Shown here in pieces: positions 35,583 through 43,762 of a stretch of 59,080 bases of DNA. Both the position numbers and the translations under genes were made by a program. Under the pieces are notes generated by a model, which saw only the letters and a program-made list of their open reading frames with translations, searched no databases and was not told the DNA's origin. Numbering within the stretch: the first letter of the stretch is position 1; each line of letters begins with the position of its first letter. Source of the stretch: a virus. The stretch is from IMG/VR virus record IMGVR_UViG_3300025011_000007; one strand, written 5' to 3'.

Positions 35583-36059
35583 TTAAGCTATTCTTATAAA
35601 CTCAGGTTTGTATCTTTTTTCTTCTGGTCTTGTTTCTGGTTTAAAATCTGTTTCAAAATCATCAACTTTATGATGGTTAGATAATCTTCTTATTGGGCAG
35701 GTTTGGTGATTATCTTTTGTTATTGCCTCTTTTCCGTCTATACAAGTATAGCCAAGTGCATTATCTGGCTTCTGTTGCCTATAATTTTTTACTTTTACTT
35801 TTTCCTGCTCAACAAATTCTTTCTCTCTTTTTACTTCTTTTGTTTTTTCTATATATTGAATAACAGGCTCATCGTTTCTATTAGTATTTATTTTTACTGC
35901 CTTCATGCTCTTACATTTAGGATTAACGCATGAAAAAATATAAACTTCACGCTCTTTCCAGATAGAAGTTGATGTCAAAGTTTCTTTTTCGATGACCCTA
36001 TCTTTATTACAACATTTTTTGAAATTATCAGGTAATCCATCAAATAATTTTCGTTGCAC
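35583..36059 (-). CDS. Hypothetical Cys-containing protein, GTG start
   Basis: SD aagggagg lies 6 nt before the GTG. 158 aa. First gene after the putative late control region. Confidence 0.55.
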   Translation of the reverse strand: MQRKLFDGLPDNFKKCCNKDRVIEKETLTSTSIWKEREVYIFSCVNPKCKSMKAVKINTNRNDEPVIQYIEKTKEVKREKEFVEQEKVKVKNYRQQKPDNALGYTCIDGKEAITKDNHQTCPIRRLSNHHKVDDFETDFKPETRPEEKRYKPEFIRIA

Positions 36060-36168
36060 AGGCGACCTCCCTTTATCTTCAGCGACACCTTTTGCAACTC
36101 GTGATGTTATCTCAGCGGCTACTCGGACAACTAATAGATTTTACAATTCCCTATTAAAGAAAAACTCA

Positions 36169-36215
36169 AGGACAAGTGCTGAATTGGAATCAGTCTTGAT
36201 TTACGCAAACTTGTC
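36169..36215 (-). terminator. Leader hairpin plus U-run between the putative late promoter and 35583..36059 (attenuator/antitermination target candidate)
   Basis: ggacaagt (36169-36176) / acttgtcc (36208-36215). On minus-strand RNA the stem is followed by UUGAGUUUUUCUUU. Confidence 0.45.
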
Positions 36216-36277
36216 CCTAAAGCTAAGAAAGGATTAAACTATTAACATTATTTATTATAAAGCAAGTTTCACTAAAA

Positions 36278-36314
36278 GGGCGGCTACACTTTTACGGGGG
36301 CGGCTACGCTTTTA
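36278..36314. promoter_or_regulatory. Two 17-nt direct repeats, GGGCGGCTAC(A/G)CTTTTA, 20 nt apart. They overlap the -35 region of a minus-strand TATAAT (36254-36259).
   Basis: Repeat 1 at 36278-36294 and repeat 2 at 36298-36314. They are GC-rich islands in an AT-rich background. Repeat 2 overlaps the stop of the LuxR-like gene. Confidence 0.5.
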
Positions 36315-36522
36315 AAAAATCAAAATAATTATGAATATTTTCAATAGTTTTTTCCTCTATTGCCAGCTTTTCATAGATTTTTCTGAGATATTTTTTAACC
36401 AACGACTCAGAACAATTTAATTTTTCCGCTATTTCTTTTCTTGTAACCCTTTTTTGTTGAAAAATCACTTTAATTATATTTTTTTCTTCAAGTTTAAGTT
36501 GACTTAATCCCTGTTCGCCCAT
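36304..36522 (-). CDS. Small LuxR/GerE-type (sigma region-4-like) HTH regulator, candidate late-gene activator
   Basis: RVTRKEIAEKLNCSESLVKKYLRKIYEKL is a GerE/LuxR-type HTH. 72 aa. Confidence 0.6.
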   Translation of the reverse strand: MGEQGLSQLKLEEKNIIKVIFQQKRVTRKEIAEKLNCSESLVKKYLRKIYEKLAIEEKTIENIHNYFDFLKA

Positions 36523-36550
36523 AATTACACTCCCATATCGACTAAAAACA

Positions 36551-36808
36551 CTATATAAATTTACTGTTTATGAGTTTTATATTGCTTAATCTATGCAATT
36601 CATCAATGAATTTGTACTTATCAGTAACATAAAATTCGTTATTCATTGTTATTATGAAGCTTCTAAGGGTATAATATCGAGCTATCCATCCCTTTAAGCT
36701 ATTTTCAAGAACTGATGCTTTTTGAAGGTTATCATTTTCACTAGTCAAACCTATGGCTATTTCATAAAGATACTCACCTTTAGCCTTGATATTTAAGTTT
36801 GTTTTCAT
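36551..36808 (-). CDS. Hypothetical protein
   Basis: 85-aa ORF. Confidence 0.5.
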   Translation of the reverse strand: MKTNLNIKAKGEYLYEIAIGLTSENDNLQKASVLENSLKGWIARYYTLRSFIITMNNEFYVTDKYKFIDELHRLSNIKLINSKFI

Positions 36809-36821
36809 AATTTATTACCCT

Positions 36822-37568
36822 TTAACTTAATAAACTTAGCTGCTGTGTTGATTCTTTTATTCTTTGTTCTGCAATTTTGATATAGTTAGTGTTAAGCTCT
36901 ATACCAATATAATTCCTATTATTTTTAGCTGCTGCTACTGCTGTTGTGCCTGAGCCGAGAAAAGGATCAAGTACTATTTCCCCTTCTTTAGAAGAATTTT
37001 TTATTAGAGTTTCAATAATATGTAGGGGTTTTATTGTCGGGTGTCCGTATTTTGCTTTGTCAGATTTGTTGCTTTGAGTTAAAAAATAAGTTCTTTTTGT
37101 TTCAAAACTACCGCCTAAATATACTCCTGATTCTCTAAAAAACAAACAATATTCAGTATCTGGAAGGTATTTATTATTAACTGTTGGTACAGGATTAGTT
37201 TTATGCCAAGAAAGTATATTAAAATAGCATTTTCTTTGTGTTACAAAATAATCAAGAAGCGCAGGAATTTGTTTTTGGCTACAAAAAATATAAATATTAA
37301 TTTTTTTCAAAACTCTGCAAAATTCATCAAGTATTGCCAAATCAAAACCTTTGCAAATATTTTCTATTTGAGTAAAAGTAATTTTTTTATTTACTCCAAA
37401 TGCACCCGCACCATGATCAACACTCATTTCATAATCAGGATCTGTGACAATTAAATCAACAGAATTATCTAACAAGGTTTTTATTATTTCTGAATTATCG
37501 CCATGATATATTTTATTCTTACCTTCTGATGCGTACATATAGTTATATTCTCCTGCATTAGTTGCCAT
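36822..37568 (-). CDS. DNA methyltransferase, N6-adenine/N4-cytosine type (beta class)
   Basis: C-terminal AdoMet motif VLDPFLGSGTTAVAAAKNNRNYIGIELN. Catalytic-position motif IVTDPDYEM (DPDY instead of canonical DPPY). Confidence 0.8.
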   Translation of the reverse strand: MATNAGEYNYMYASEGKNKIYHGDNSEIIKTLLDNSVDLIVTDPDYEMSVDHGAGAFGVNKKITFTQIENICKGFDLAILDEFCRVLKKINIYIFCSQKQIPALLDYFVTQRKCYFNILSWHKTNPVPTVNNKYLPDTEYCLFFRESGVYLGGSFETKRTYFLTQSNKSDKAKYGHPTIKPLHIIETLIKNSSKEGEIVLDPFLGSGTTAVAAAKNNRNYIGIELNTNYIKIAEQRIKESTQQLSLLS

Positions 37569-37822
37569 TATTTAACGTCCTTTTGCTTGTATTGACTAAA
37601 TTTCGTTACCATGTTGACATAGTATTGCCTTGAAAACATTTTACAATTCCCACCTTCAGGCTCTATTAAGCATTCGATAACGACTTTTTGGAAGTCAGCC
37701 ATCATCTCGTCATATAATTGGTTTAAAGTCTCGTCTTTTTGAATTTGATTCAATAATTCATCATAATCATAGCCACCGGTAAGCCCTAAAATTTTCTTAC
37801 TATAAGCACTGATTTTTCCCAT
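37568..37822 (-). CDS. Hypothetical protein
   Basis: 84-aa ORF, start/stop coupled to its neighbours. Confidence 0.5.
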   Translation of the reverse strand: MGKISAYSKKILGLTGGYDYDELLNQIQKDETLNQLYDEMMADFQKVVIECLIEPEGGNCKMFSRQYYVNMVTKFSQYKQKDVK

Positions 37823-38214
37823 TATTCAAAAACCTTTCTTACTTCTTCTTTAGTTAAAATATTAGCTTCTATCAGCTTTAAAATAAGTTCTAGGAGTGCT
37901 TCCTGTCTAGTTTCATATCTTATATTCCATGCTTGATTCTCTGTAAATATGCTTATATAGGCATAACCTTGAAAACCATCATCTGAATAATCAAAATAAA
38001 GTATTATTTTACCTTTGCCTAATACTCTTAAAATCAACTCCTCAAGCTTCAGGATGTGGTCTGATGTTATGGTGGGGTAAACCTCTTCAATGCCTGTTAA
38101 ATACTTACTATCAGTATAAGGATGCCCTTTTATGATTTCCATAGGGGCATCTTTCGCAAATCTTTGTTTAACTTCAGGTTCAGCCTCTATCGCCTTAAAA
38201 AATTTATTTGTCAT
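37822..38214 (-). CDS. Hypothetical protein
   Basis: 130-aa ORF. Confidence 0.5.
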   Translation of the reverse strand: MTNKFFKAIEAEPEVKQRFAKDAPMEIIKGHPYTDSKYLTGIEEVYPTITSDHILKLEELILRVLGKGKIILYFDYSDDGFQGYAYISIFTENQAWNIRYETRQEALLELILKLIEANILTKEEVRKVFE

Positions 38215-38359
38215 CTGTTATCCTTTCAAATTCAGCCATGAGGCAATTAATACAGCTATTTTCATCTGGACAAGCTGTACTATTACAAAAATTATCATCC
38301 CAAAAATTATCCAAGACCTGTTTTATCTGCTCTAAACTTAGCTTTTTAACTACTGGCAT
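38204..38359 (-). CDS. 51-aa Cys-rich small protein
   Basis: MPVVKKLSLEQIKQVLDNFWDDNFCNSTACPDENSCINCLMAEFERITDDK. Fills the gap between annotated ORFs. Below the track cutoff. Confidence 0.4.
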   Translation of the reverse strand: MPVVKKLSLEQIKQVLDNFWDDNFCNSTACPDENSCINCLMAEFERITDDK

Positions 38360-38362
38360 TGG

Positions 38363-38563
38363 TTAGTCCTCCAAAAGTTCATTTACTGCTTTGTAAAGTT
38401 TAGGAACTTTATACAAAAACGCTAATGTCCTAGCCCTGTCATTTAATGAGGATTTTAGTAAATTTTGTTTTAATTCCTCTGGAGTTTTTTCTAAACTTTC
38501 TGCGAAAAATTCTAGTATTTTTAGCTCTTTAGGACTAAAGTCGTTGATATCTACACTCATCAT
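38363..38563 (-). CDS. Hypothetical protein
   Basis: 66-aa ORF. Confidence 0.45.
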   Translation of the reverse strand: MMSVDINDFSPKELKILEFFAESLEKTPEELKQNLLKSSLNDRARTLAFLYKVPKLYKAVNELLED

Positions 38564-38696
38564 TTATTCGTTCCCTTCCTTTTGTGCTTCAATTTTACCT
38601 AATCGCCGTTCTTCTTTTATAAATAGACGTTTATACCAAGGCTTAAAGATTTCATCTTTCCAATGTTTTTTAAATAATGGCTTTTGTTTCTTCATC

Positions 38697-38855
38697 TTAT
38701 TTAGCCCCTTCCTTTTGTTCGTTGAGTACCCATCCAAGAGCCCACAAGGAGCCCTCGCATTGAAACATTATTGATTTACATCCTAATTCTACGGCAGTTT
38801 TCATCCTATTTCTTTCCCACTCGATTTGTTTTTTTATTTCTTCTTCTGAACGCAT
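38697..38855 (-). CDS. 52-aa small protein
   Basis: MRSEEEIKKQIEWERNRMKTAVELGCKSIMFQCEGSLWALGWVLNEQKEGAK. Its ATG overlaps the stop of the HNH-AP2 gene (TAATG). Confidence 0.4.
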   Translation of the reverse strand: MRSEEEIKKQIEWERNRMKTAVELGCKSIMFQCEGSLWALGWVLNEQKEGAK

Positions 38856-39484
38856 TATTTGCCCTCCAAAATTGGTCTATGATATTTATCTTCGGCTGTT
38901 ATTCTTGCTACTTTTGCACTCTCAAAATCATTAAAAGTACCTAAATAATATGTTTTATTGCGAACTCTTATGTTGGCTGTATATGTACCTTCTGTTTTGC
39001 CAAAATAAACTCCTTTTTGCCCTGTTTTATTATTTTTATATTTGTTAGTATTTATACAATTCAAAGTATTATCTGCTATTCTTAAGTTATTTACTCTATT
39101 ATCAAGAGGGTTTCTATTTATATGGTCTACTAAATGCTTGTCATTTTCCTGTACGTTTAATAAAAATCTATGCAATAATATATATTTTGATATTGGCTTT
39201 TTATTTTTTCTGCCAAGTTGAATACAGGAACTTGCATAACCAGAATTATTTATATACCAAGTAAACCCTGAAACTTTTTCTATATCTTTTAAATCTATAA
39301 TGATGTTACCCTTCTTTGTGATTATTTCCGCATGGGATTCATGACTAACAATCTCATTTGGTTTTTTCTGTAAACTATATCTACATTCATTAGTGCAACA
39401 AATATTTTTAACTACGAGCCTCATCCTATGAGCCGGTATTTCAAATATTTTATTACAATATGCACACTTTACCTCAGTCCTCAA
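38855..39484 (-). CDS. HNH homing endonuclease with an AP2-type DNA-binding domain
   Basis: LLHRFLLNV...LVDHINRNPLDNRVNNLRIADNTLN (HNH_3). GVYFGKTEGTYTANIRVRNKTYYLGTFNDFESAKVA (AP2). Confidence 0.8.
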   Translation of the reverse strand: MRTEVKCAYCNKIFEIPAHRMRLVVKNICCTNECRYSLQKKPNEIVSHESHAEIITKKGNIIIDLKDIEKVSGFTWYINNSGYASSCIQLGRKNKKPISKYILLHRFLLNVQENDKHLVDHINRNPLDNRVNNLRIADNTLNCINTNKYKNNKTGQKGVYFGKTEGTYTANIRVRNKTYYLGTFNDFESAKVARITAEDKYHRPILEGK

Positions 39485-39863
39485 TGGTGTTTCCTCCTGT
39501 TAAAACGACTGTGCCGGTAAAGTATTTTTTATTTTCTTCCACGACCTTGTTATGTTCATCTTGAATAAATGTTGGATTTTCGTATACATTCCCAACAACT
39601 TTAACTTTTAAAGATTTTATTCTGTCATTATCGGTGTAATAAGACATAGGGCAGCAACCCTCACCACCTTGTTTGTTGTCATCCCATTTTGAACTTGCTA
39701 AGAACCACATATTCCACTTCGTATTCCATACAACGAAATGATAAAGATAATATATTTTTCTCCCTTGTTTTCCGCCTCCGAAATGGTAAGACTGTAAAAT
39801 ATCGCCTTCTTTTATTTCTTGCTTCTTAAAATCTCTGAATCCTGTATTTTTTCCTTGAATCAC
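39474..39863 (-). CDS. YopX-family protein
   Basis: IKEGDILQ...VVGNVYENPTF matches the YopX 'eGDi......iGNiyenp' pattern. Confidence 0.65.
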   Translation of the reverse strand: MIQGKNTGFRDFKKQEIKEGDILQSYHFGGGKQGRKIYYLYHFVVWNTKWNMWFLASSKWDDNKQGGEGCCPMSYYTDNDRIKSLKVKVVGNVYENPTFIQDEHNKVVEENKKYFTGTVVLTGGNTIED

Positions 39864-40045
39864 CGCTCTATACCTCCTGTTATGATTTTTGTAAACTCAT
39901 TTAAATTGCCATATCTGCTTATCGTAAATGAGTCATGTGCTGCAAAAGCTACATTAAGAAGGTTTTCTTTTACAGAATCTTTAAAGTACATTGAGTTTAT
40001 AACCCATAACAATGATCCGTCTTTATCATGACAAGCTGTGTACAC
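39860..40045 (-). CDS. Hypothetical protein
   Basis: 61-aa ORF in the tightly coupled early gene array. Confidence 0.4.
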   Translation of the reverse strand: MYTACHDKDGSLLWVINSMYFKDSVKENLLNVAFAAHDSFTISRYGNLNEFTKIITGGIER

Positions 40046-40315
40046 CTATTCACCTCCAAGCAAATCTGTATAATTTAAATTTTGAGAACATCCTTGTATA
40101 ATGGTCGAAGTAAAATGACTTAAAAATAAAACCGCATTAGGCTTTTGAGATAAATAATATTTTGCAACTCCGATTGCTTCATTCCTATCATTAGAGGTGT
40201 AAATAAAATTTCCTTGATTTTCAACACCTTCGTGTAAAACATATTCAGATTTATGATTGTCAAAAAATTCTCTAATTACTTTATATTTTTCTATTCCAGT
40301 AATTTTATGCTGCAT
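40046..40315 (-). CDS. Hypothetical protein
   Basis: 89-aa ORF. Its 3' junction carries the repeated acctattcacctccaag box. Confidence 0.5.
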   Translation of the reverse strand: MQHKITGIEKYKVIREFFDNHKSEYVLHEGVENQGNFIYTSNDRNEAIGVAKYYLSQKPNAVLFLSHFTSTIIQGCSQNLNYTDLLGGE

Positions 40316-40318
40316 TAC

Positions 40319-40657
40319 CTATTCACCTCCAAGTGCTTTGCGTGCTATGTCTAAGACCCTGCGAATAAACCCAAGACTAACTTTCATCCCTCTTGTGGTT
40401 GCCATCTCATTAATTTCACATCCTTTAATTATCTCCCTCAAAGCCTTCTCGTATTGATCGTTTGTTGTTTTCAGGGTTTCATATTTTCTATCCTGCTTGC
40501 AAACGTAATCCTCTAAATGGTCAACTACTTTATTTAGTTGAGAAAGTTTATATTCATAATCTTTTATTATTTGACAACTTAAGCAAATACCTATTTCTTT
40601 TTCGCTTTTTGTCTTTAAAATGCTATCGCTACAAGATGGACATTTGTTTTCACTCAT
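40319..40657 (-). CDS. Hypothetical zinc-ribbon/coiled-coil protein
   Basis: 112 aa with N-terminal CPSC...CLSC. Confidence 0.5.
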   Translation of the reverse strand: MSENKCPSCSDSILKTKSEKEIGICLSCQIIKDYEYKLSQLNKVVDHLEDYVCKQDRKYETLKTTNDQYEKALREIIKGCEINEMATTRGMKVSLGFIRRVLDIARKALGGE

Positions 40658-40881
40658 TATTTACCGTCTTTCTTTAGAGTTTTATTAACAAAATTTTTCA
40701 TAAAATCCTCAAATTCTTGTTTTCCTTCTTTTGTCCAATGTTTATGAGGTTTTCCATAATTTTGGCTTACTTTGCTGTAAAATAGTATGTACCTAGTAGG
40801 GGTAGGAATATTACTATTTTCAGGAGGATTATTTTTCTCATATTCCTCAAATAATATCCATAAAGGCTGTTTGTTTATCAT
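40657..40881 (-). CDS. Hypothetical protein
   Basis: 74-aa ORF. ATGA-type coupling on both sides. Confidence 0.5.
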   Translation of the reverse strand: MINKQPLWILFEEYEKNNPPENSNIPTPTRYILFYSKVSQNYGKPHKHWTKEGKQEFEDFMKNFVNKTLKKDGK

Positions 40882-41249
40882 TATTTACCGCCTTTCAGGG
40901 TTTGTAATAATTGTTTTGGGATACATCCTTCACATGCACAAGGTTTTTCGCAAGTATCGCAATTAATTAACATCTCGCCATATCCTATTGCCTCCGCTAA
41001 CTGATCTTTTAATGCGGTGTTTTCGGCTTTTATCTTCCTGTATTTTCTATTTAACTCATCTGCGAAAAATACAAATAATTCATATTCTGTAGATATTTCC
41101 TGTAAATTTTCGCCAAACTCTGCTTCAAGTTTTCCTTCTTCATTTAAAAAAGCATATACAGAAACATCTTTGCCAATTTCACAAACAGGAACTACAAAAC
41201 TAAAACTTTTTGTTTTTATTCCTGCTCTAAATTTAAATCTATCTTGCAT
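40881..41249 (-). CDS. Hypothetical protein
   Basis: 122-aa ORF. C-terminal Cys cluster CDTCEKPCACEGC. Confidence 0.5.
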   Translation of the reverse strand: MQDRFKFRAGIKTKSFSFVVPVCEIGKDVSVYAFLNEEGKLEAEFGENLQEISTEYELFVFFADELNRKYRKIKAENTALKDQLAEAIGYGEMLINCDTCEKPCACEGCIPKQLLQTLKGGK

Positions 41250-41535
41250 TTAATCCTCCTTTTATCTTTAAAATAGCTGTTCTAATCCAACTATCATAAA
41301 CAACAATTGTTATATTCATTTTATCAAGTTGGTTTCCAGCTTTTGTTATAATCCCCTTTAAATATTTTTGGTCATCTTTAGGGTATTTTTTTACAAAAGT
41401 ATCTATCTGGTTAGGAGTTAGCTTCTTTTTTATTTCACTCAGTCCGAAAGACGGTTTTTTATTCCAGATAATTACCGGCTGTTTATCTTTTGGCGGTATT
41501 CCGTTAGGTATGTTTATTAATGGTTGAATATTCAT
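41239..41535 (-). CDS. Hypothetical protein
   Basis: 98-aa ORF. Confidence 0.5.
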   Translation of the reverse strand: MNIQPLINIPNGIPPKDKQPVIIWNKKPSFGLSEIKKKLTPNQIDTFVKKYPKDDQKYLKGIITKAGNQLDKMNITIVVYDSWIRTAILKIKGGLNAR

Positions 41536-42389
41536 GATATTTTTCCTTTTTCTTTTAGATAACAGAGTGCTTCAAACTCTGATTCTGGGAAATCCCATCT
41601 TTTTTGTATATTTTTAATAATTTCTATGTCTTTTTCTTTGGTGTTATGACGATGATAGCCATTTAATATAATTCTACATTGTTGCTCATCTTCTAAATAC
41701 TTGCCTGATTTAGTTTTTGGAATATTTTTAGGTGTATTTTTTTTAATTAAAGTTTCAAGTTCTTTTTTGTTTACTTTTTGTTCAATAGCGTCAAATACCC
41801 ATCTGCGAAGCGTTAAATTATCACTTGTAGTCTTGTAATTTTTTTCTGCTTTATAAAGTGATAAATATTCTATGGCTTCGTTAGTTTTAGGCTCTCCAAA
41901 TTCCTCAAAAAGTTTTGTTTTTTCTATGGCTGTTAATTCAATATTTTTTTGCTGTCCGTATTTTTCTTTTTCCGTTTCTTGTTCTTTATCTTTATCTTTA
42001 TCTTTATCTTGTTCTTTATCCATAAGGGTATCTAAACCCTTCAAGTACCCTTTAATTTCTTTATAATATTTTTTTAAAATTTTTATAATCGGAATATGAG
42101 GATTACATTTTTCAGATAAAGTACCATATTGAAAATCTATAAAATCAATTAAAAAATAACTTCCGTTACTCAATTTGATTAATCTTTTTTTGTCTTTATT
42201 TAAAATTTCAATATCTTTTTCAGAGATATCTTCACCAATAACAAAAGTCGCCTGTCTAAAATTTGTATCCCAAATTCCTGCAGCATTGCAATTGGAAAAT
42301 AAATACTGAAAAAAACATTTATGCTTGCAACTCAAAAGCTGAAACCACTCTTTACTCCATAATTCGGTATCAGTGAATCTCTTAGCCAT
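41532..42389 (-). CDS. Putative replisome organizer / replication protein
   Basis: N-terminal FTDTELWSKEWFQLLSCKHKCFFQYLFSNCNAAGIW resembles phage replisome-organizer N-domains. Central DKDKDKDKEQ linker. Confidence 0.4.
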   Translation of the reverse strand: MAKRFTDTELWSKEWFQLLSCKHKCFFQYLFSNCNAAGIWDTNFRQATFVIGEDISEKDIEILNKDKKRLIKLSNGSYFLIDFIDFQYGTLSEKCNPHIPIIKILKKYYKEIKGYLKGLDTLMDKEQDKDKDKDKEQETEKEKYGQQKNIELTAIEKTKLFEEFGEPKTNEAIEYLSLYKAEKNYKTTSDNLTLRRWVFDAIEQKVNKKELETLIKKNTPKNIPKTKSGKYLEDEQQCRIILNGYHRHNTKEKDIEIIKNIQKRWDFPESEFEALCYLKEKGKIS

Positions 42390-42430
42390 GCTCTTGACCC
42401 TCGTATTCTTTGTCCAAATTGTTCATAATT

Positions 42431-42649
42431 TTACGCTCCAACTTTTAATTCTTTTTGTACAAGAAAATAGAAATTGTATTTTTTCCCCGGCTTTCTTCGA
42501 ACCGCTATATCATGTCCTTCTTTTCTTAAATCCCTGATTATGCTTGACAAATACATAGTGCTAAAAGGAGGTCTTGCCGCTTCTAATGGCGTAATCTCAA
42601 ACCCTTTTTTTAAATGTTCTAAAATTAAATCGCTTTGTGTTTTTTTCAT
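42431..42649 (-). CDS. Winged-helix DNA-binding protein (HTH_39-like)
   Basis: ILEHLKKGFEITPLEAARPPFSTMYLSSIIRDLRKEGHDI matches the 'il..L..G..iTplEA...g..rLaarI.DLR..G..I' pattern. Confidence 0.6.
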   Translation of the reverse strand: MKKTQSDLILEHLKKGFEITPLEAARPPFSTMYLSSIIRDLRKEGHDIAVRRKPGKKYNFYFLVQKELKVGA

Positions 42650-42650
42650 C

Positions 42651-42923
42651 TCACATATCCTTATTTTTTATATATTTTTCGATTAATTCAGTTTCAATAT
42701 CGCCTTTTCTGCAATATACTTCTTCTTCGCAGTGGTAAAAATCTTTTATTTGCTCTGTCAGAAATTCTACATTTGCCAGTTTCCTTACAAGATAAGCAAA
42801 AGACCTTTTGTTATTTGAATATTTAACCTGCACTGCGGCTTTTTCAAGTTTTTTACAGGCTTCTTCAAGTCTTTCAAGCTGCTCTTTTTCTCCAAAAAAA
42901 CTATAAATGTTTTCCTTGCTCAT
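42651..42923 (-). CDS. Hypothetical protein
   Basis: 90-aa ORF. Confidence 0.5.
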   Translation of the reverse strand: MSKENIYSFFGEKEQLERLEEACKKLEKAAVQVKYSNNKRSFAYLVRKLANVEFLTEQIKDFYHCEEEVYCRKGDIETELIEKYIKNKDM

Positions 42924-42938
42924 TATTTACTCTTTCGA

Positions 42939-43109
42939 TTAACTTTTTCTTTTGAATAATCTGTCACTTAGACAGATGCTTGCTGTGTTGAAAGTAGGAC
43001 ATTCTCTTGTTTGTTTTATCGAACAAAGAAAGGTTAATTTACCTTTTGGAACTTCTGAATATCCTTCGCAGTTTTCACAATTAACACCGTCGTAGTTATA
43101 CCTTGTCAT
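42939..43109 (-). CDS. 56-aa zinc-ribbon protein
   Basis: MTRYNYDGVNCENCEGYSEVPKGKLTFLCSIKQTRECPTFNTASICLSDRLFKRKS. Its ATG overlaps the 3' end of the MerR-like gene. Below the track cutoff. Confidence 0.4.
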   Translation of the reverse strand: MTRYNYDGVNCENCEGYSEVPKGKLTFLCSIKQTRECPTFNTASICLSDRLFKRKS

Positions 43110-43503
43110 TGCTTTTTCTGCCTCTTCTTGAGAGTTTTATTTTGTTTTCTGCTTGTGCTTCTGGAGAGATATAAGCAGCTGCCACATCTTCAATTAATTG
43201 TTTAATTCCTATCTCTAATAAGACTTCTTGGGAATTTAACGTAATTAACTCATATAATCCTAATATAGCCTTGATTCCCGCAAGATTTATACCTAATTCC
43301 CTAGTTAAATACTGAACAAACTTGCCTCTTTCGATATCGTTCATAGAATAAAGCCGTCTATTTTTTGGAGATCTTCCAGGAACAAGAATTTTTTCATCAT
43401 CGTAAATCCTCAAAGTTCTTTGATGGACCTGTAATAAATCAGCTACAACACTGATTGGAAACATTGGCTTAGATGAATCAAGTTGGTTTTCTGTAGTTTT
43501 CAT
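43096..43503 (-). CDS. MerR-family (HspR-like) transcriptional regulator
   Basis: FPISVVADLLQVHQRTLRIYDDEKILVPGRSPKNRRLYSMNDIERGKFVQYLTRELGINLAGIKAIL. Confidence 0.75.
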   Translation of the reverse strand: MKTTENQLDSSKPMFPISVVADLLQVHQRTLRIYDDEKILVPGRSPKNRRLYSMNDIERGKFVQYLTRELGINLAGIKAILGLYELITLNSQEVLLEIGIKQLIEDVAAAYISPEAQAENKIKLSRRGRKSNDKV

Positions 43504-43554
43504 AATTTTTCCTTTCGTTTTTTAGTAAATACAGTTTTTTATTTAAACTGTTAT

Positions 43555-43624
43555 GTCATCCGGCATTAAAGCTAAATAGAAAAAGTAAAAAATATTTTAG
43601 TAATAATGGTAAATGTCGGATGAC
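43555..43624. promoter_or_regulatory. 12-bp inverted repeat (11/12 match) spaced 46 nt apart, upstream of the MerR-like gene
   Basis: gtcatccggcat (43555-43566) / atgtcggatgac (43613-43624). Confidence 0.4.
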
Positions 43625-43762
43625 TAAGAGTTCGGAATAAATCAATTTATTAGCTCATAATTACACCGCCTTTTCGATAAACTACATTCAGTTATAATTT
43701 TTTGTTTTTACACCTTTAAAACCCAACGAGTCGGGCTGAAAAGGTTATTTGGTTTTAAAAAA

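Noticed and set aside
36278-36314. The GC-rich direct repeats considered as a mini CRISPR array or solitary CRISPR repeats
   Set aside because: There are only two 17-nt copies, separated by 3 nt. There are no spacers, leader or cas genes. Their placement over a promoter -35 region fits transcription-factor sites better.
38534-38695. 53-aa minus-strand ORF (MKKQKPLFKKHWKDEIFKPWYKRLF...)
   Set aside because: It is a plausible gap-filler, but its 3' end overlaps the next gene by about 30 nt and it has no recognisable motif. It was left uncalled.
41985-42012. Tandem gataaa/gaacaa repeats
   Set aside because: They encode a DKDKDKDKEQ low-complexity linker inside the replisome-organiser-like gene. 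This is not an independent repeat element.
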